Assembly (NCBI GenBank): GCA_012295275.1
Contig: CM022665.1
Coordinates: forward strand, 36,394,001-36,458,000
Direction: 5' to 3'
DNA: 64,000 bases
Source of the DNA: Chrysomallon squamiferum
Lineage: Eukaryota; Animalia; Mollusca
The notes under the pieces are model-generated. The model worked only from the letters and a program-made list of their open reading frames with translations. It ran no database searches and was not told the origin of the DNA. This document shows positions 16,648-30,820 of this stretch, one piece after another. A program made the translations under genes and the position numbers. Every line of letters starts with the position of its first letter. The stretch's first letter is position 1.

Positions 16648-16738
16648 TCAGTTGAACCCGATGACCTTTGATAGAAGAGCTAATAGATATTCATGATGAA
16701 TACTTTCACACCTCAGACCCGTATATCCACTTGGACAC
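16648..16738 (-). CDS. Secreted EGF-like growth factor, coding exon 2 (not in ORF track)
   Basis: Acceptor ttgtttttgttttttcag| at 16740-16739 matches phase 2. It encodes (R)CPSGYTGLRCESIHHEYLLALLSKVIGFN-stop (TGA 16650-16648), completing spacing CX7CX5CX10CXCX8C. Intron 1 is 13,135 nt and the full protein is 241 aa. Confidence 0.92.
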
Positions 16739-17579
16739 CTGAAAAAACAAAAACAAGCATAAAACTCATTATTACTGAGAGAGACTTTCTACCTAACTGT
16801 TCATAACAAAACATAGTTGTGGCAGTCCTCTCTTGGCTGTTATACGCTTATCTATAGACATGATATATGGTCAAACCAGTTAAGTTGATTCCCTGAACAA
16901 GAAAAAATTAAAATATATAAAAAATAAAAACACACACACAAACAAAAAACAACAACACAACAACAACATTAAATTCATCATTACTGACAGAGAATTTCTA
17001 CACGACTATGTTCATGATAAAAAAATTATTGTGGCAGTCCTCTGTAATTTCTACATAACTGTGGTCTTAAAATGGATACTGTTGGCAGCTGTCTTTAACT
17101 ATATTGGAAGCATGGTCATGCTTATTGATAATTATACAAATGTGTGAATTCTGCATATTATTGCAATTTGAAACTTGATACCTGGAAAAATCTGAAATAT
17201 ATTTTTCGAAAAAGACCTTAAACTTACTAATGTTCAAATAAGAACATTTTGCCTTCGTGTTGCAGTTCATGATTTTGCGAAACATAACTGCAACAGTTAT
17301 ATTAATATGATAAATATTAAATTCGTAATAGATTCTTTTCTCTTCATTTTGATGGTTCGAAGGTAGTGGCAGTAAATGATCTTGCATCAACAAATCATAA
17401 TCCTGTCAAAGGCCTGATTCTGTGTACGTTTTCTACATCCACTGCTAATACGAAACTGAACAATTCTTCAAGCTGTTATAGACTTTTGACGATGGAGAGA
17501 GGCTGAAGGAAGTCTTCTTGGTTTTTATTAAAAACATATTATGTCTGTCTGAACATAATTAATATAATTTCTACATATG

Positions 17580-18020
17580 TCGGAGCTGTGAAAACTGAAG
17601 GTAGGCTGGGTGAAAGAAGTGGCAGTCTTCTCGACCCAGTGGATTACAAGCATGCTTAAGCAAAAACATAGAAATGTAATGTTTGCGTGCTTGCGTCTAA
17701 AGTGTAACGCTGAACACGCAAAATGTTACGTTTGGTACTAAAGATGAGAAAAGTGGCAGCTTTCTTGAATTGATTCACAAACACGTCTGTAAATAATTGT
17801 ATAATCGGTGTGTGTTTATGTCTGTGGTGTAAAACTGAACAAACAAAACGTGAAGTTTTGTACTAATGATGAGAGAAGTGGCACTGCTCCTGACCTGTAT
17901 TATAAACGCATCTGTGAATAATTATACTTCTATAATCTATAGGTGGTTGTGTCTACAGAGTGAAAAATAACATGCAAAATACGAAGTCTGGTAGTAAAGA
18001 TGAAAGAAATGGTCGGTATT
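17580..18020. repeat. Degenerate tandem repeat, about 130-bp period, 3-4 copies
   Basis: aagtggca near 17618, 17751 and 17877, with a variant near 18007. The later copies are preceded by gtactaaagatgaga-like motifs. Confidence 0.8.
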
Positions 18021-21000
18021 AAAAATATGGTAAGCTCGCTTGTTCTCAATTATAAATAGTTGTATATATTTTTATATGCTTGTTCTTATGTGGAAAACGC
18101 TTTGATCATACTGAAAGTGAAGATTTATACTAAGGATGAAAGAGACACAAATACATAAAGAAAAGAAAGAGAGGAGCGATAGAAATACAGAACCTGAGAG
18201 AGATAGGAAGAGAAACTTGCGCTAAAACATATAAAGAATCTATGGTTTGAAAACGAAAGTAGGACCTCTGTCGAAAGAACAGTAATAATTACACTTGACT
18301 TAAGTGTCGACTAAATTGATTTCTAAATATCTCATAGGATCACCATATATATCCTTTGTTATGAGAATGTTATTATGGTCATCGTGATCATCATCATCAT
18401 TATTATTTAAGAAACACTAAATGATAAAACACATTCAAGAGATGAAATAGAAATAAATAAGAGAGAGAGTTAATGCCACAATAAATTACAATATTTCTCT
18501 AATTCCAGTGCTCAAGAAAGGAATTAACTAGCGCTGAACTAATGTTGAGTCGTTACAACAATTTACATTTTGCACTTATTATTCAAAAGTTCACCGGCCG
18601 TAAGAACTGAAATTCTAAACGTCATCAAACAAAGCTGGATATGCCTATAAAATGCGAATGGTAAAATGGCACAGGGACGTTTTTGTATATATATGTATAT
18701 AAATATATACGATGTTTGGAAATGTGAAACCAGGAAATGTCAAAACACTTGTCACGGCTGATATTTCACGCAAAACTATTAGTTCCATATGAACATTTTT
18801 AAATACATAGCCAGAAGCCACCGGGCCGTGAAAATGGCTTCCTGCAACTTCACTAGGTTAATTGGATATTTTATCACCAAGATGCTGCAAAGCCTCGTGA
18901 AAAAGTCGTTACAGAAATTTTAACGACTCTAGCGGAATTTGGAACGAAAATGTTTTGGCAAGGACATGCCTTATTTTTACGTTTTGTCTGTTTTCCGTTC
19001 TCATTTTTAACTTCCAGCCCGACTTCTACTCTGGTCGCCACCGCTTCACGGGATAAGTCATGGATTTACAATGTGTCGCAATAAACTGAACAATAAAGCA
19101 AAAGGCGAATCAACAGTGTCATAAAAACCACTGAAGCAAATGTCTGTGTTTATCTGCATTTTTGTCGGTTTTGTTGCGTAGAAAAAAAGCTTACACGACA
19201 ACAGTTATGATAAACGAAAAAAACAAACACATGTGTTATTGGGATTTTGTGTTGCTCTTATTACGTTTTAACTGTTCTTCGCAAAACATCGCTTGTTGAT
19301 TCAACTTGATATTAACATTTTCCGTAATGTTTGATGAACTTTTGCTATAATGAGTACGACTGTCGTTTCTGCGATATCGTGACACATTAACAGATGAATA
19401 ATTTGGTCACATATTGCTCAGTGAAGATACGGTTTAATTTCCAACTACCGTACATTTTCTAATTGTACGTGTATGTGCGCGTGCATATGTGACTTTCAAC
19501 TAAAAAATGTCTTACATGTTTACATATATTCATGATAGTTGATTTGCAGAACACAGTGTTCAAGCACGCTGAATATAACATTATATATATGATACTCTAT
19601 TTATTTATTGAAGATGTGGAATTGTGTTTTTGTAGGTACGTACGTGCATACATATGTATATACATAAACACATATATACATACACGCACTCATACACACT
19701 CAAACATACACACACACACACACACATACATACATACATACATACATACATACATACATACATACATTTACTCATGGTGTTATATCATATGATAGTTAAA
19801 TAAAGTAGTTTGTCAGTGTTTTATTTATTTACAATACGTCATTACCATCTGAATGGTGCACGAACTTGGAGTTCCGGATCCTGTTCAAATTACGTTATCA
19901 ATAAGGTTATATCATGTAATTTGCAGGCTATTATAAATATTTTTTATCTACTTTATATCAGCGTGTTACGGGGAGTGTCGGAGGTATAATAAAAATTAAC
20001 ATTTGACAACTGTAATGCATACATGAAAATGAATATGGGGTTACATAAAACATTGCCATTATATCCGGATGAATCATCGTTGCAAAAAAAAAAAAATATT
20101 CATTACGTGATGCATGCGTTAATTTTTAAAAATATCACTAACTGGTTTAATACAAACGAGATAAAGGAAAAGACATCTGCTTTAAAAATTAATTTACCCA
20201 CACGGCCGTTCTAGCGCATATCCACTTTCATTACGTGTGCGGTGATAGTAGTATGAAACACCTTTTGTATTTATCTGTCCTTTTTTATATGTATGTATGC
20301 ATGCATGTATGTGTGTGTGTGTAAGTATGCGCATATGAATATAGCTATTTCATGAATATCTTTAATACCAACTGCGATTTTATTGCAGTAGTAATAACCA
20401 CTCTGTTTCAATATTTACTGTGTGAAGGATGTTACGTACTGAAAATAAGTAACATGAAACTTTATATAATGAGAAATGTTAAATGATGATGATTTTTGAA
20501 TAACAATACCTAGCCTTAAAATTTACAATTTACAAATATAGACATAAAGAAACATCGTAAAATATTACCATTCTCTAAGTATCAACAACAAGCATATAAT
20601 CTTTTACAAATGTTACTAGGTATACAAGGGGCGGGTCTGGTATTTCACAAAATGCAGTGTCATTAAACAAGAAAAAAGTAAGTCGACCGAAAAATAAGAG
20701 GGAAGGGAGCTTCCACTGCATCCGATTATGAATATGATTTGTTATCTCCGACCCCAACAAAGATTAAAGTATTTTCCTACATTTGACATGATGTTTTATC
20801 AAGCAGATAGATTTTCCCATTTGATAGGAACTCTTCGTTCGAGTTATCATCTTTTCGTTTGGCTTGGACAGGTTTCTTTGAAGTGATAGTTATTCATACC
20901 ACGGGCTTCACGCAAACAATCACGTATGTATACAAGTGAGAAATGTTAAAGGGAATTTCTCTTTACTCGAGAAAATACTTTTACAAAATTGTAACAAATC

Positions 21001-21039
21001 CGTGACAGTTTGAATTCGTTAGTGTAATGCTGGCCTGTG

Positions 21040-21103
21040 TTTACATGTACATAGACATATACATGTACATATACATATACATATACATACATACATACAT
21101 ACA

Positions 21104-21151
<48 letters not shown>

Positions 21152-21350
21152 CACGTGTGTTTGTACATATATATACACACACACACACACACGTACGCAT
21201 ATACACACATATATATGTACATATACAAATATGTCCAAACGTAAAAACACACATGCACTCATACATACATACACACGCGCGCGCATGTATGCATACATAC
21301 ATACGTACGTTCGTACGTACGTACCTACAAACATACATACATACGCACAG
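21040..21350. repeat. Long compound purine/pyrimidine-alternating microsatellite
   Basis: (ATAC)n, (TA)n, (CA)n, (GC)n and (ACGT)n blocks over about 300 bp. Confidence 0.95.
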
Positions 21351-24225
21351 AGAGAGAGAATCAAACAGTTTAAGGTATATCTAAAACTCGTAACAGTTGT
21401 TTGCGCATGTAAACAAATGATATCTTTTCAAAGTGTGTTTATGTATTTACTGATATTTCTGTAAAAATAAAACATTATCGTTGTTGATGTTACAAATTAC
21501 ACAAAATAAAGATAAGCTTTTATCGAGATAATAACATGAACTTTTTTCTTTCATGTTAACATGTTTTTATTTATTTATTTATTTCTCCTGTTTTCTTAGC
21601 TTTAAACTTTTCTGTTTCATACCTATTTATTTTTATTATCATTTTAGCATTTAAGTTTTTCTTATTAATTTTATTTTTCTGATTTATTTTTTCTTAATTT
21701 GTATTATTATTATTATTTTTTTTAACATTAAATTTTAGCTTACCTGCTAACTAATTTTTATTTGCTTATTTATTTATTTATTTTAGCTCTCAAATTTTCT
21801 TTCATATAAAATTGTTTTCATTCCTTATTTATTTTTATTAGTTTGAATTTGGATGTTTAAATAAACAGATGTTTGTATCATAACAAGAGAGATACAAACA
21901 TTTAACTTTTGTTTATCTGTATATTTTTTCTGTTTCCACGCTTTTAAGGAATTCATTAAAAACTTACAGGAAAATATCTGAGTTTACTCTGAATTTTTTT
22001 TATTTGTCTGATATTATTGTTTTGTTACAGTCATATTAATTATTATAGAATATACAAGGTAATTATCGTCATCATCATTATCATCGTAGAAGTTGTTGTA
22101 GTCATCATTGGCATCATCATTATTTCAGTTACTACTGTCATCGGCATTGCTACTGTACAGGATTTTTGAAAATCGTGAGATTAACATAATAATCCAGCAA
22201 AATGTCATTCTTAGTGTTAAATATTTTAATTCTTTTTAAAGCCTACTGAACCGAGAATTTCCTCTTGTTTTCTATTTAATTTTCAATTTTATCGATCCTA
22301 CCTTGACGAGTGTATACGTCATCAATTCAGATGTAACTGAAAACGTACATTCAGCGTAAAGTCACTGGAGTGGTAACCAGTCATTCACATGTAACACTGT
22401 CGTTTTGAATACAGAATGTGCATCCTGAAGTCTGAAGATTACTTTATAGGATTATATTATGCATGTAGATATATAAAAAATACATACGTACAGATCCACC
22501 CTGCTAGGTTCCTATCTGCATACGTGCATATGAATGAGCACACGCGCGCACACACACACACACACATACACACACGTAGATACATAAACACATAACAGGT
22601 ACATAACATTATGATCATGGCGCAACACACATGCACACATATTCATATTACAGAGATACATATCTATATACTTCCTTAGGTTTAAAACGTGGTAGAGAAC
22701 GAAGTGTTCTAATCACTGATATCGGTTTGTAACAATACAGATGGATACGTTTTATTTAAAGTAAAACAAAGGAGGTTTCATCTTTTCATTTGCATAATAT
22801 CTAAATCGAAGTATGAAGGTGAAAGTAAAATATTGTCCGGAAAACAAGAAAATGAAGCCAAAAAACATAATACATAATACATATACATACACATTCAATC
22901 ATTCATTCATCATCGTACATTCTGTATTATATAACTCGAAGATATTTGATTCATTCGTTAGATCAATTTTCTCCGTTTTTCTTGACTACCCATGATAATC
23001 TGAAATAAGTAACTCCATATGGTTATGAGTGAGAGAAAGAGAGATTGATGTTAACTAACCTTAAATCTTAGCTCACTGATTTCTTTGAAAAATAATGCTT
23101 ATATCTCTATCGTTAACGTCAAGTGAAGTTCACTGCTAAGTCAAGAAGTAAGACAAGTAACGCATATGATGCTAGATTAAGGTCTTAACTTTTCTTCGTG
23201 GTGTATAAAAGTAACTATTTTGACCAAAGCAGTTACAGTTAAGCTAACTAGTAACAACGACAGTCACCCTGATTTGCAACTTCCCTTACACTAATTAGCA
23301 GAATACCTACACTGACCAGTTACCACTGTGTTAACCAACAACCGTAACTAAACAAGTGGTCATGAAATTCATAAAGCAGGAAAGCAGAGAAATTTGAACA
23401 ATAGCGTAGGACAAAGAAAAACTTTAGACTCGATGTGATGTCAGGTATACTACGAACGCGGGGATCGAAATCCCAAATGAACACCCACGCATAAACAAAA
23501 CGTGAAAGGAAATCACAGAAGGGACAAGCAAGCAATATCCCCTCTAGTGTCCGTCAGAGGCTAATTACATAGAATTGTTATTATTTTCCTCGGCAAATTT
23601 CATAAAGGCACACACCCAGGGGATATCACGATCGGAGTATCATTTCTATTAGAAAGTTCTGACATTTGCTTATCATGTTTACTATGTTATGTAAACCGCA
23701 TTAGCAAATTAGAAAAGCGTACAAGTAAATGTTCCTAAGAGAACAATCAAATAAATAACAAAGTGCAAAATGTCAGTGTTTGTGACAGAAGTAAAAAATA
23801 TACGTCTCCTGTACAGTACAGGGTCATGCTTCATTAATGAGGTGTAAAACAAAATCGCAAACATGTTTTATATGTTTCATTTTACCCACATTTATCATAT
23901 TTCAATGCGAAGAGAGTATCGGTAACATTTGAACTTCTGTCGTAAATTCGCTAAAATGTGCATGGCAAACATGAATGACATTTAAGTAATAGAAAATATT
24001 CAATATTGACTCGGCCTAAATGCTTTATACAATGCAATACACAATATAATGAAGTTTTTTCCCAACTCTGGTACTTCGGCTGAAAAGATCATTTCCATTA
24101 AACATTGATCAGTGATGGTAACATTTGAAAGACGGTTTTGTTTTTCATCTGGTATTGTGTGGGTGGCGTAACAATCTGCAGTAATAGTCTAGTGTGACTC
24201 TAGTGTGTGAATATAAAACAATTAA

Positions 24226-24540
24226 CTTGGGACGGTTTTAACTCACTGGTTAGACAACAGACCTCAGGCGTGACAGGTAGCAGGGTCAACGCTCTTTTTT
24301 CTCACACTGTGCTATTCCTATCACCAACCAGTACACCCTGACTAATTCATCAGAGCCTGTGGTATGTGTTTTTTCTGTACATGGGAAGGTTCATATAATA
24401 GATGGTTTGCAATTAATTGAAAAAGAGTAGCTTAATGCAAATCTTAACCGTAGCTTAATGCAAATCTTAACCATAAGTATGACGCCACGAGTTTTTGAAA
24501 CGTTGACTAAAAATGTATTAAATAAAAATTATTTCTATTT
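24226..24540 (+). mobile_element. Degenerate tRNA-derived SINE, near full length
   Basis: tRNA-like head (taactcactggttagac...agggtcaacgc), central tgtggtatgtgttttttctgtacatgggaaggttcatataatagat...aaaagagtagc, and tail cttaaccataagtatgacgcca...attaaataaaaa. Colinear with the copy at 46822-47145. Internal 23-bp duplication at 24427-24472. Confidence 0.65.
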
Positions 24541-25211
24541 TCGAGGAAACAATTATACATAAATACCTTAGTTGAATACAGTTAAAAATACAAGCATGCA
24601 TACATATATCCGCACATAAACACAGGCATAAACATTCACACATTTTGCCACATTATGGTTTGATAATACGTTTCAAATGATCTTGTTTCATTATAAAAAA
24701 ATTGAAACTACAACTCCAGGTATAATTTTATATTCAGGTATTTAACTACTACGATATTCTCAAACTCCGTTCCTTTAATAACGGTGAATGTCTAAAACGT
24801 ACACTGTGGCTTGCACTCGTAACTTTGTTTTATCAGTTAATACGATCTTGGCCTGTTTCATCTTCTAAATGCTGTAAATTGGAAAAAGGAATCTCACAAA
24901 GGTAATGATGCTTTAAACAGCACACCTTCATCAGGTCGCTGATCCACTGAAATGTAGTTCGTTCTTTGAAAATGATAACCATTAAACACCATGTAAGATA
25001 CACGTTAAGTGAAGTCTTAACATGCCCATATCCATAAAGTTCAAAGTACTTTGTGATGCAATAGCTTGTTATGTCTAAGCCATAATTGTAGTCTAGGAAA
25101 GGTACATGCGTAAAACTAATACATGCACGTGTTTAGTTCCGTACATTTCACATGACAGTTATTTGTAGTTTTTATCTTACTTATCTAAACACCTTTAAAG
25201 ATAAATATATC

Positions 25212-25254
<43 letters not shown>

Positions 25255-25599
25255 ACACACAGTCACAAACATACACACACACACATCGATGCTTTTTAAT
25301 ATTCCCTGTGATTCAGAAGTTAGCTACTAGCGTCATGTATCTGAACAACATTTATGAGATACTCGTGTTTAAAATAGTTTTAACTTCTTTTGTGAATCAT
25401 TAGTGTAGCAGGAACTAATCTAAGACATTTCAGTGATGGGTGTGATACAGAAAAAGTTATTTTGAGTGAAAATGTAACAAACGCTGCCCCGTTCCATGGA
25501 CGTCTGTTTTCAATTAACAGTATGTTATATTAAAAAGTCCTTTCTTCACACCATTCTTGTGAAATTTTGTAAGACACTGGTTGGAAAGAAAATTATAAA

Positions 25600-26175
25600 A
25601 TACGTCAGAGATGATTTAGGATATATGAGACTTCATCGGAGATTTTGAGTGGATGATATCTGAAGCACTGTGTGGATGATATCTGAAGCAATGTGTGGAT
25701 GATATCTAGGCTTTATGTGGACAATATTGTATGTTTTGTATGGAGTATACATGAGGCTTTTTACGGAGATTATATGAAGCTTTGCATGACAATTATCTAA
25801 AGCTTTTCATAGATGATATATGAGTGTGGAGGATATCTGAATGTGTGCATGTATGATGTATTAGTCTTTGCGTGGAGGATATCTGATGAAAATATCTGAA
25901 TGTGTGCAATGATGTATTAGTCTTTTCATAGATGATATATGAGTGTGGAGGATATCTGAATGTGTGCATGTATGATGTATTAGTCTTTGCGTTATCTGCG
26001 TGTAGGATATCTGAATGTGTGGAGGATATCTGAATTTCTGAATGCATGTATAATGAATTAGGCTTTGCATGGAGGATATCTGTAATTTTGTATGGATGAC
26101 GTGTGAAGATTCTGTTTGTGCAAAATGAATTAGGCTTTGGTGGAGGATATCTGTAATTTTGTAATGACGTGTGAA
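25600..26175. repeat. Compound minisatellite
   Basis: Many copies of TGTGGA(G/T)GATATCTGAATGTGTGCATGTATGATGTATTAGTCTTT and its sub-units, ending at a poly(A) tract. Confidence 0.9.
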
Positions 26176-27837
26176 AAAAAAAAAAAAAAAAAAAAGGAAT
26201 TTTGGGGAGAGCTGGTAAATCTAGCTTTGAAGAAGAGGGGGAAAGGAGCTTTGAGTTGATTAGGTTTACTGTAGAGTGCTCTTTTTTATTATTATAACTG
26301 TTATACAGAATACTAAAAATAGCTGAAGCCGCGTGGACTGAATAATGCACTGGTTTGCAGCTTCTTCAGTGTCAGTGAATATTCAGCTGAAGCGTAACAT
26401 TTGAACACCCACACAGTTCAGAATAGACTGGTAATTATATTACAGTTGTTGGCATATCATATCTTGAAGTTCCTTTTTCTTTTTTCTTTCTGTATTTTTT
26501 TTTTCTTTTTTTTAACTTTTTAAACTTTTTATTTCGTTCCTTCTTGTTTAACGGCTTCTGACATGAAGCATATGTCGCCAATAAAACAAAAATTGATAAA
26601 CAAATTAAAAGATAGTGACTGCAAAATAGTTTTAACTTGCGTTGCCATTGTCGTCGTCACCATCGTAATATCATTATTATTACAAATAACAAATCATCAT
26701 CATCATCATTGTCATTATAATCATCACAGTTGTCAATTGATTAATCATCACATCATCATCACAATAAACATTCATCGTAATCATCATCAGTTTCGTCACA
26801 GCCTGTACCATCATGATCTGTGTGTGTGATACTCCTACGACGATATTTTCTGACGTGCTCGACGACAATGCAATTTACTGAAGACGTGGCACAGCACCCA
26901 CGTGCTCATCAGTGAGTTTGATTAAATTTATTTTCAAATCAGGTTCGAGCACGTTATCCTGGACACTTTGAACACGATGACTGATCAGAACAGAGAAACC
27001 TGTCTGTGCAGTTTCATGTCTCTGTTATGTTTGAGAGCTGTTCAAATCCCAGTTTTACAACAGTTTTACTTAAATCAGTAGCATATGGATATGTATAAAG
27101 TTCTTATTAAATGGTTCAGACGAAGAAAGAGAGAAAGACAAAATGAATGCAAGAAAGAAAGTTAAAAATAAAAATTAAGACGTCGTTTGCTAGTCTGTCA
27201 TTTTTATCAGTGTTCGAAGTTGTTAGTTTATTTGCTTCAGTTCTTTGACATCACAGACAGTGGTGAACGAATTTATATCAATAAACGGACATCACCAGAA
27301 TGCTGTAAATTGTATCCATATTCTTAAAGCCGTTTGCTTCTCTCGAAGCCAGAGCAAATATTCCGTACAGCTTGGGTACCCAGCAGAAATTCGTAATAAT
27401 TTGTCGATGTGGCAAATTCTGACCATTTAATCCAAGTGGTGACAAAGGAGATGGAAGATTACTGTAAAGATTTTCCCTCTAAATAACAATCTAACATACT
27501 AACACAGTCTTTGTAGTAGTTCGAGCCTCTGTATTATATATATATATATATATTGACCAAAAGATCAAAATGTTCAAAATTCCAAGTGAAATTTGTATAT
27601 ATATTTTTTTTTATATACGATGATGATTGTAATAATCATGATGTTTATGTAAAAACACACATGAGATTTCAAAAAAAAATTTAAAAAAAAAAATAAAAAA
27701 AAAAAAAAACTCAAAAAGAATTAGAATTATGTATGTATGTATGAATGTATATGTATATTTATATACATTTGTACATCCAACCATCCGTTCATCATATAAA
27801 CCCTTTGTTCTTAACCTTTTTCAATTACGGTAACCTT

Positions 27838-27871
<34 letters not shown>

Positions 27872-28372
27872 TATTATTTTCAGCTAAATAATTAACTATT
27901 ATGATCAACAAACAAAAATTTCTAAAACTAATCCAATCAAATATTTTAATCTTTTCTTGTTTGCTATCAATTATGTTTGAAATACTGGGTTCCTTGTCGG
28001 TGTGTGCATGTCATACTGAGCATCAGGGTGTTTTTGACACTTGGTTTTGATATGAAGACGAGCAGAAAACCCTGCTTCTCAAAGACATATTGTTGTGAAT
28101 GGAACAAGTACACTAAAACTGTAGAAAAATGAATGAAGAAGAGTTCAGTTCTTTTTCTGGATCCTCTTCTCGCAAACCTAAGAACTGAACCTCGCACACC
28201 TTAAGAGCCAGTGCTATATTTATACGAACATGGAAAGATGCACGAATGAAAGCAACCAAACAAATATGTATGTAAATTCATACAGACACACACATATAAT
28301 ACACATACATGCATACATATATATATATAATACACATACATACATACATACATAACACACACATACATACAT

Positions 28373-28451
<79 letters not shown>

Positions 28452-28874
28452 CGTACATATTACGTTACATATGTACGTACATATACACATGCACAAACAC
28501 GTACGCATACATATGATTATTCGCTGAGAGTTTTTACAGATACTACTGTTATGCGAAACTGGTAATCGTGAATCATCGTTGTAACAAATCCATCTCAACT
28601 GTCGCAGTGTACACTTAACATCAATAAAGCTATGTAATCACGGTTATGTTAGATTCACAGGTTCAGCCGCTTACACCGAACTTATTGGAGCTGCGCTTAT
28701 TGCTCTTCACACTACGCTACAAACGTCAGCATCATTCATGTAGTTCTTTGAAAAAACACAGGAGAGATTTAACAGTCTTCTTGGTGAATTTCTCTTAATA
28801 AAAGAACGAGAGAGGGCAAGACTGAATGTGTGAGAGTGAGACAGAGAAAAAGAGAGACACCCACACGCACACAG

Positions 28875-29004
<130 letters not shown>

Positions 29005-29873
29005 AATGAGAATGGTTATATTTAATGGTATTTTGGTTATTTCCATTGACAAGGATTAAATTCAGGATTCTTTTAGTTCTAAATTTACAGACAGTGTCGA
29101 TTTTAACAATTTTATTCACTCCTTTTTTTAACGAGCCCTCTGTAGCGGTTTTGCGGCATTTATCTGTATCAATAATTTAATTATCAAACTGGGAGAGATT
29201 TTTTCCATTATTTATTTCCATTATTATCAGCTATTTCACAGATAAACTGTTGTATAAATATCTCTACAGGAATTAAATTTAGAGAGTGTAAGATTAATGA
29301 CAGTTTAAATATATTTTAAAGGCAGAGCGAGTAACGGAGAAGGGGGTGCTGTGTCGAGTTCGCTTGTACGAAATGAGAGAAAGGGGATTAAACGAGACGG
29401 TAAATGGAGATGGGTTTTAAAATACTCTTACTGCTACAAATGACAGTCTTTAATTTATATTAAAATATTTTCATCTATCCCCATCATCCAACTCGTACAT
29501 TATTTAGAAATACAAATATGACTCAACTGTATATTAAAGTATTATATGTCTATGTTATAGTTGTGTATATTCATAGGTCTCGAGAGTAGTTATGTTTCTT
29601 TATAACAGTGTGTATCTCAGATAAAGTTATGCATATAAATATGTTTAACATACAACTGAGGGAATTGTAAGTATACTTAGATATATTTTATGAACATATC
29701 TCAGTATAAATGTAGCTATATATCATAACCATCTATATTATATGACTATTAGCCTCAGTTATGAAGATATTATGTATACAATACATGGATATGTTTCAGA
29801 ATATTTATAATCATGTACTAAATATCGGTATGCGCACGTAAACTAGTAAATAAAAAATTAAAATGATTCTTAC

Positions 29874-30508
29874 CTGCACGTTTTAATTTCCAGAGCTTCG
29901 ACAAAGAGACAGGTACCACCGTTCAGGCAGTAATACCGATCGCGGAAGGCGCAGGGCACCACATGTGTGTAGGCAATGTCAACAACTTCGTTAGTAAGAT
30001 TAGAGATAATACTGGGATCCAGATGATTATGCATGACAATATAACTCCGCTTCTCGCGATTCAGTTTGTTTTTCTTAATAATAATCGTCACATTCTCAGC
30101 ACTTACACTCCCCTCTCGAACGGCTAACATTTCTTTACTCTTCGATTTTAACTTGGCCTTGTGTTTTGAATTAGAATTTTCGAAATTAAATTCCCGCGAC
30201 ACAGACGGCATTTCCCAGTGTTCTTTCAGTGTTTTTTTATTTGAATTTTTTTTCACACCACCACTTATTAGTTCGCTGGCACGTAATTGTCTCACAGTGT
30301 GTTGAACAGTATCCGATGAAGAAATGGGTATCCAAACTTTATCAAAGTCATTATGTTTCTTTTGGTTCCATTTTTCTCTCGCAGCGTGAGAGGAGGGTTG
30401 GTGGGGTAGTGTTCCAGGGGAACCGCCTCCTGAGATGGGTAGGCACTCGCTAAGTGCCAGCAGTGCAAAAATCATCTGCAAAATAGGAATCGTTGAATTT
30501 TCTCCCAT
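29874..30508 (-). CDS. Secreted EGF-like growth factor (EGFR/ErbB-ligand, neuregulin-like), coding exon 1
   Basis: First in-frame ATG at 30508 gives MGENSTIPILQMIFALLALSECLP (signal-peptide-like). A basic propeptide follows, then furin site REKR (aa 151-154, 30058-30047), then HVVPCAFRDRYYCLNGGTCLFVEALEIKTC (EGF Cys1-4). The exon ends at donor AG|GTAAGA (intron starts 29873), phase 2, between Cys4 and Cys5. Confidence 0.92.
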
Positions 30509-30539
30509 TGTAAAACAGCGCGCATTTTGTGCCGTGTGT

Positions 30540-30820
30540 TTGTTTAGGACTAAATACTTCGACAGTCTATACTGCAGGCATCGCCGGCAGAGCCAGAGAT
30601 TTGCCCGACTACCGTTGGTCAATGAGGACCCGGCCAACCAATCAGCCAGGTGGCGCAGCTGGGTAGTCGGACATCCGGTTTGTACTAGTCTATATAAACC
30701 TTATAGAAATGTGTGGTCGTATACTTTACCATACTAATCGCGATCGCGGATTCGCAGACAGACAGACGTGTAAAACACTGACACATCCGATAGATTACTG
30801 CTGCTAAGAGCCAATCATCT
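30540..30820. promoter_or_regulatory. CpG-richer promoter region upstream of the EGF-like gene
   Basis: AACCAATCAG NF-Y/CCAAT box (CCAAT 30638-30642), a second AGCCAATCA near 30809, TATATAAA at 30691-30698 and CTCF-like CAGCCAGGTGGCGC at 30643-30656. All lie within about 310 nt of the ATG. Confidence 0.55.

Noticed and set aside
16625-16650. Stop-codon readthrough extending the EGF protein to a TM domain
   Set aside because: Readthrough gives only MSSDIPY before a TGA formed at the predicted splice junction, with no hydrophobic segment.
25793-26350. 185-aa His-rich ORF
   Set aside because: It is a by-product of the GGATATCTGA minisatellite and a poly(T) run, with a non-ATG start.
30509-30637. 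43-aa N-terminal extension of the EGF ORF shown in the track
   Set aside because: It starts at TTG inside the promoter/5'UTR region, whereas ATG 30508 places the signal peptide at the N-terminus.
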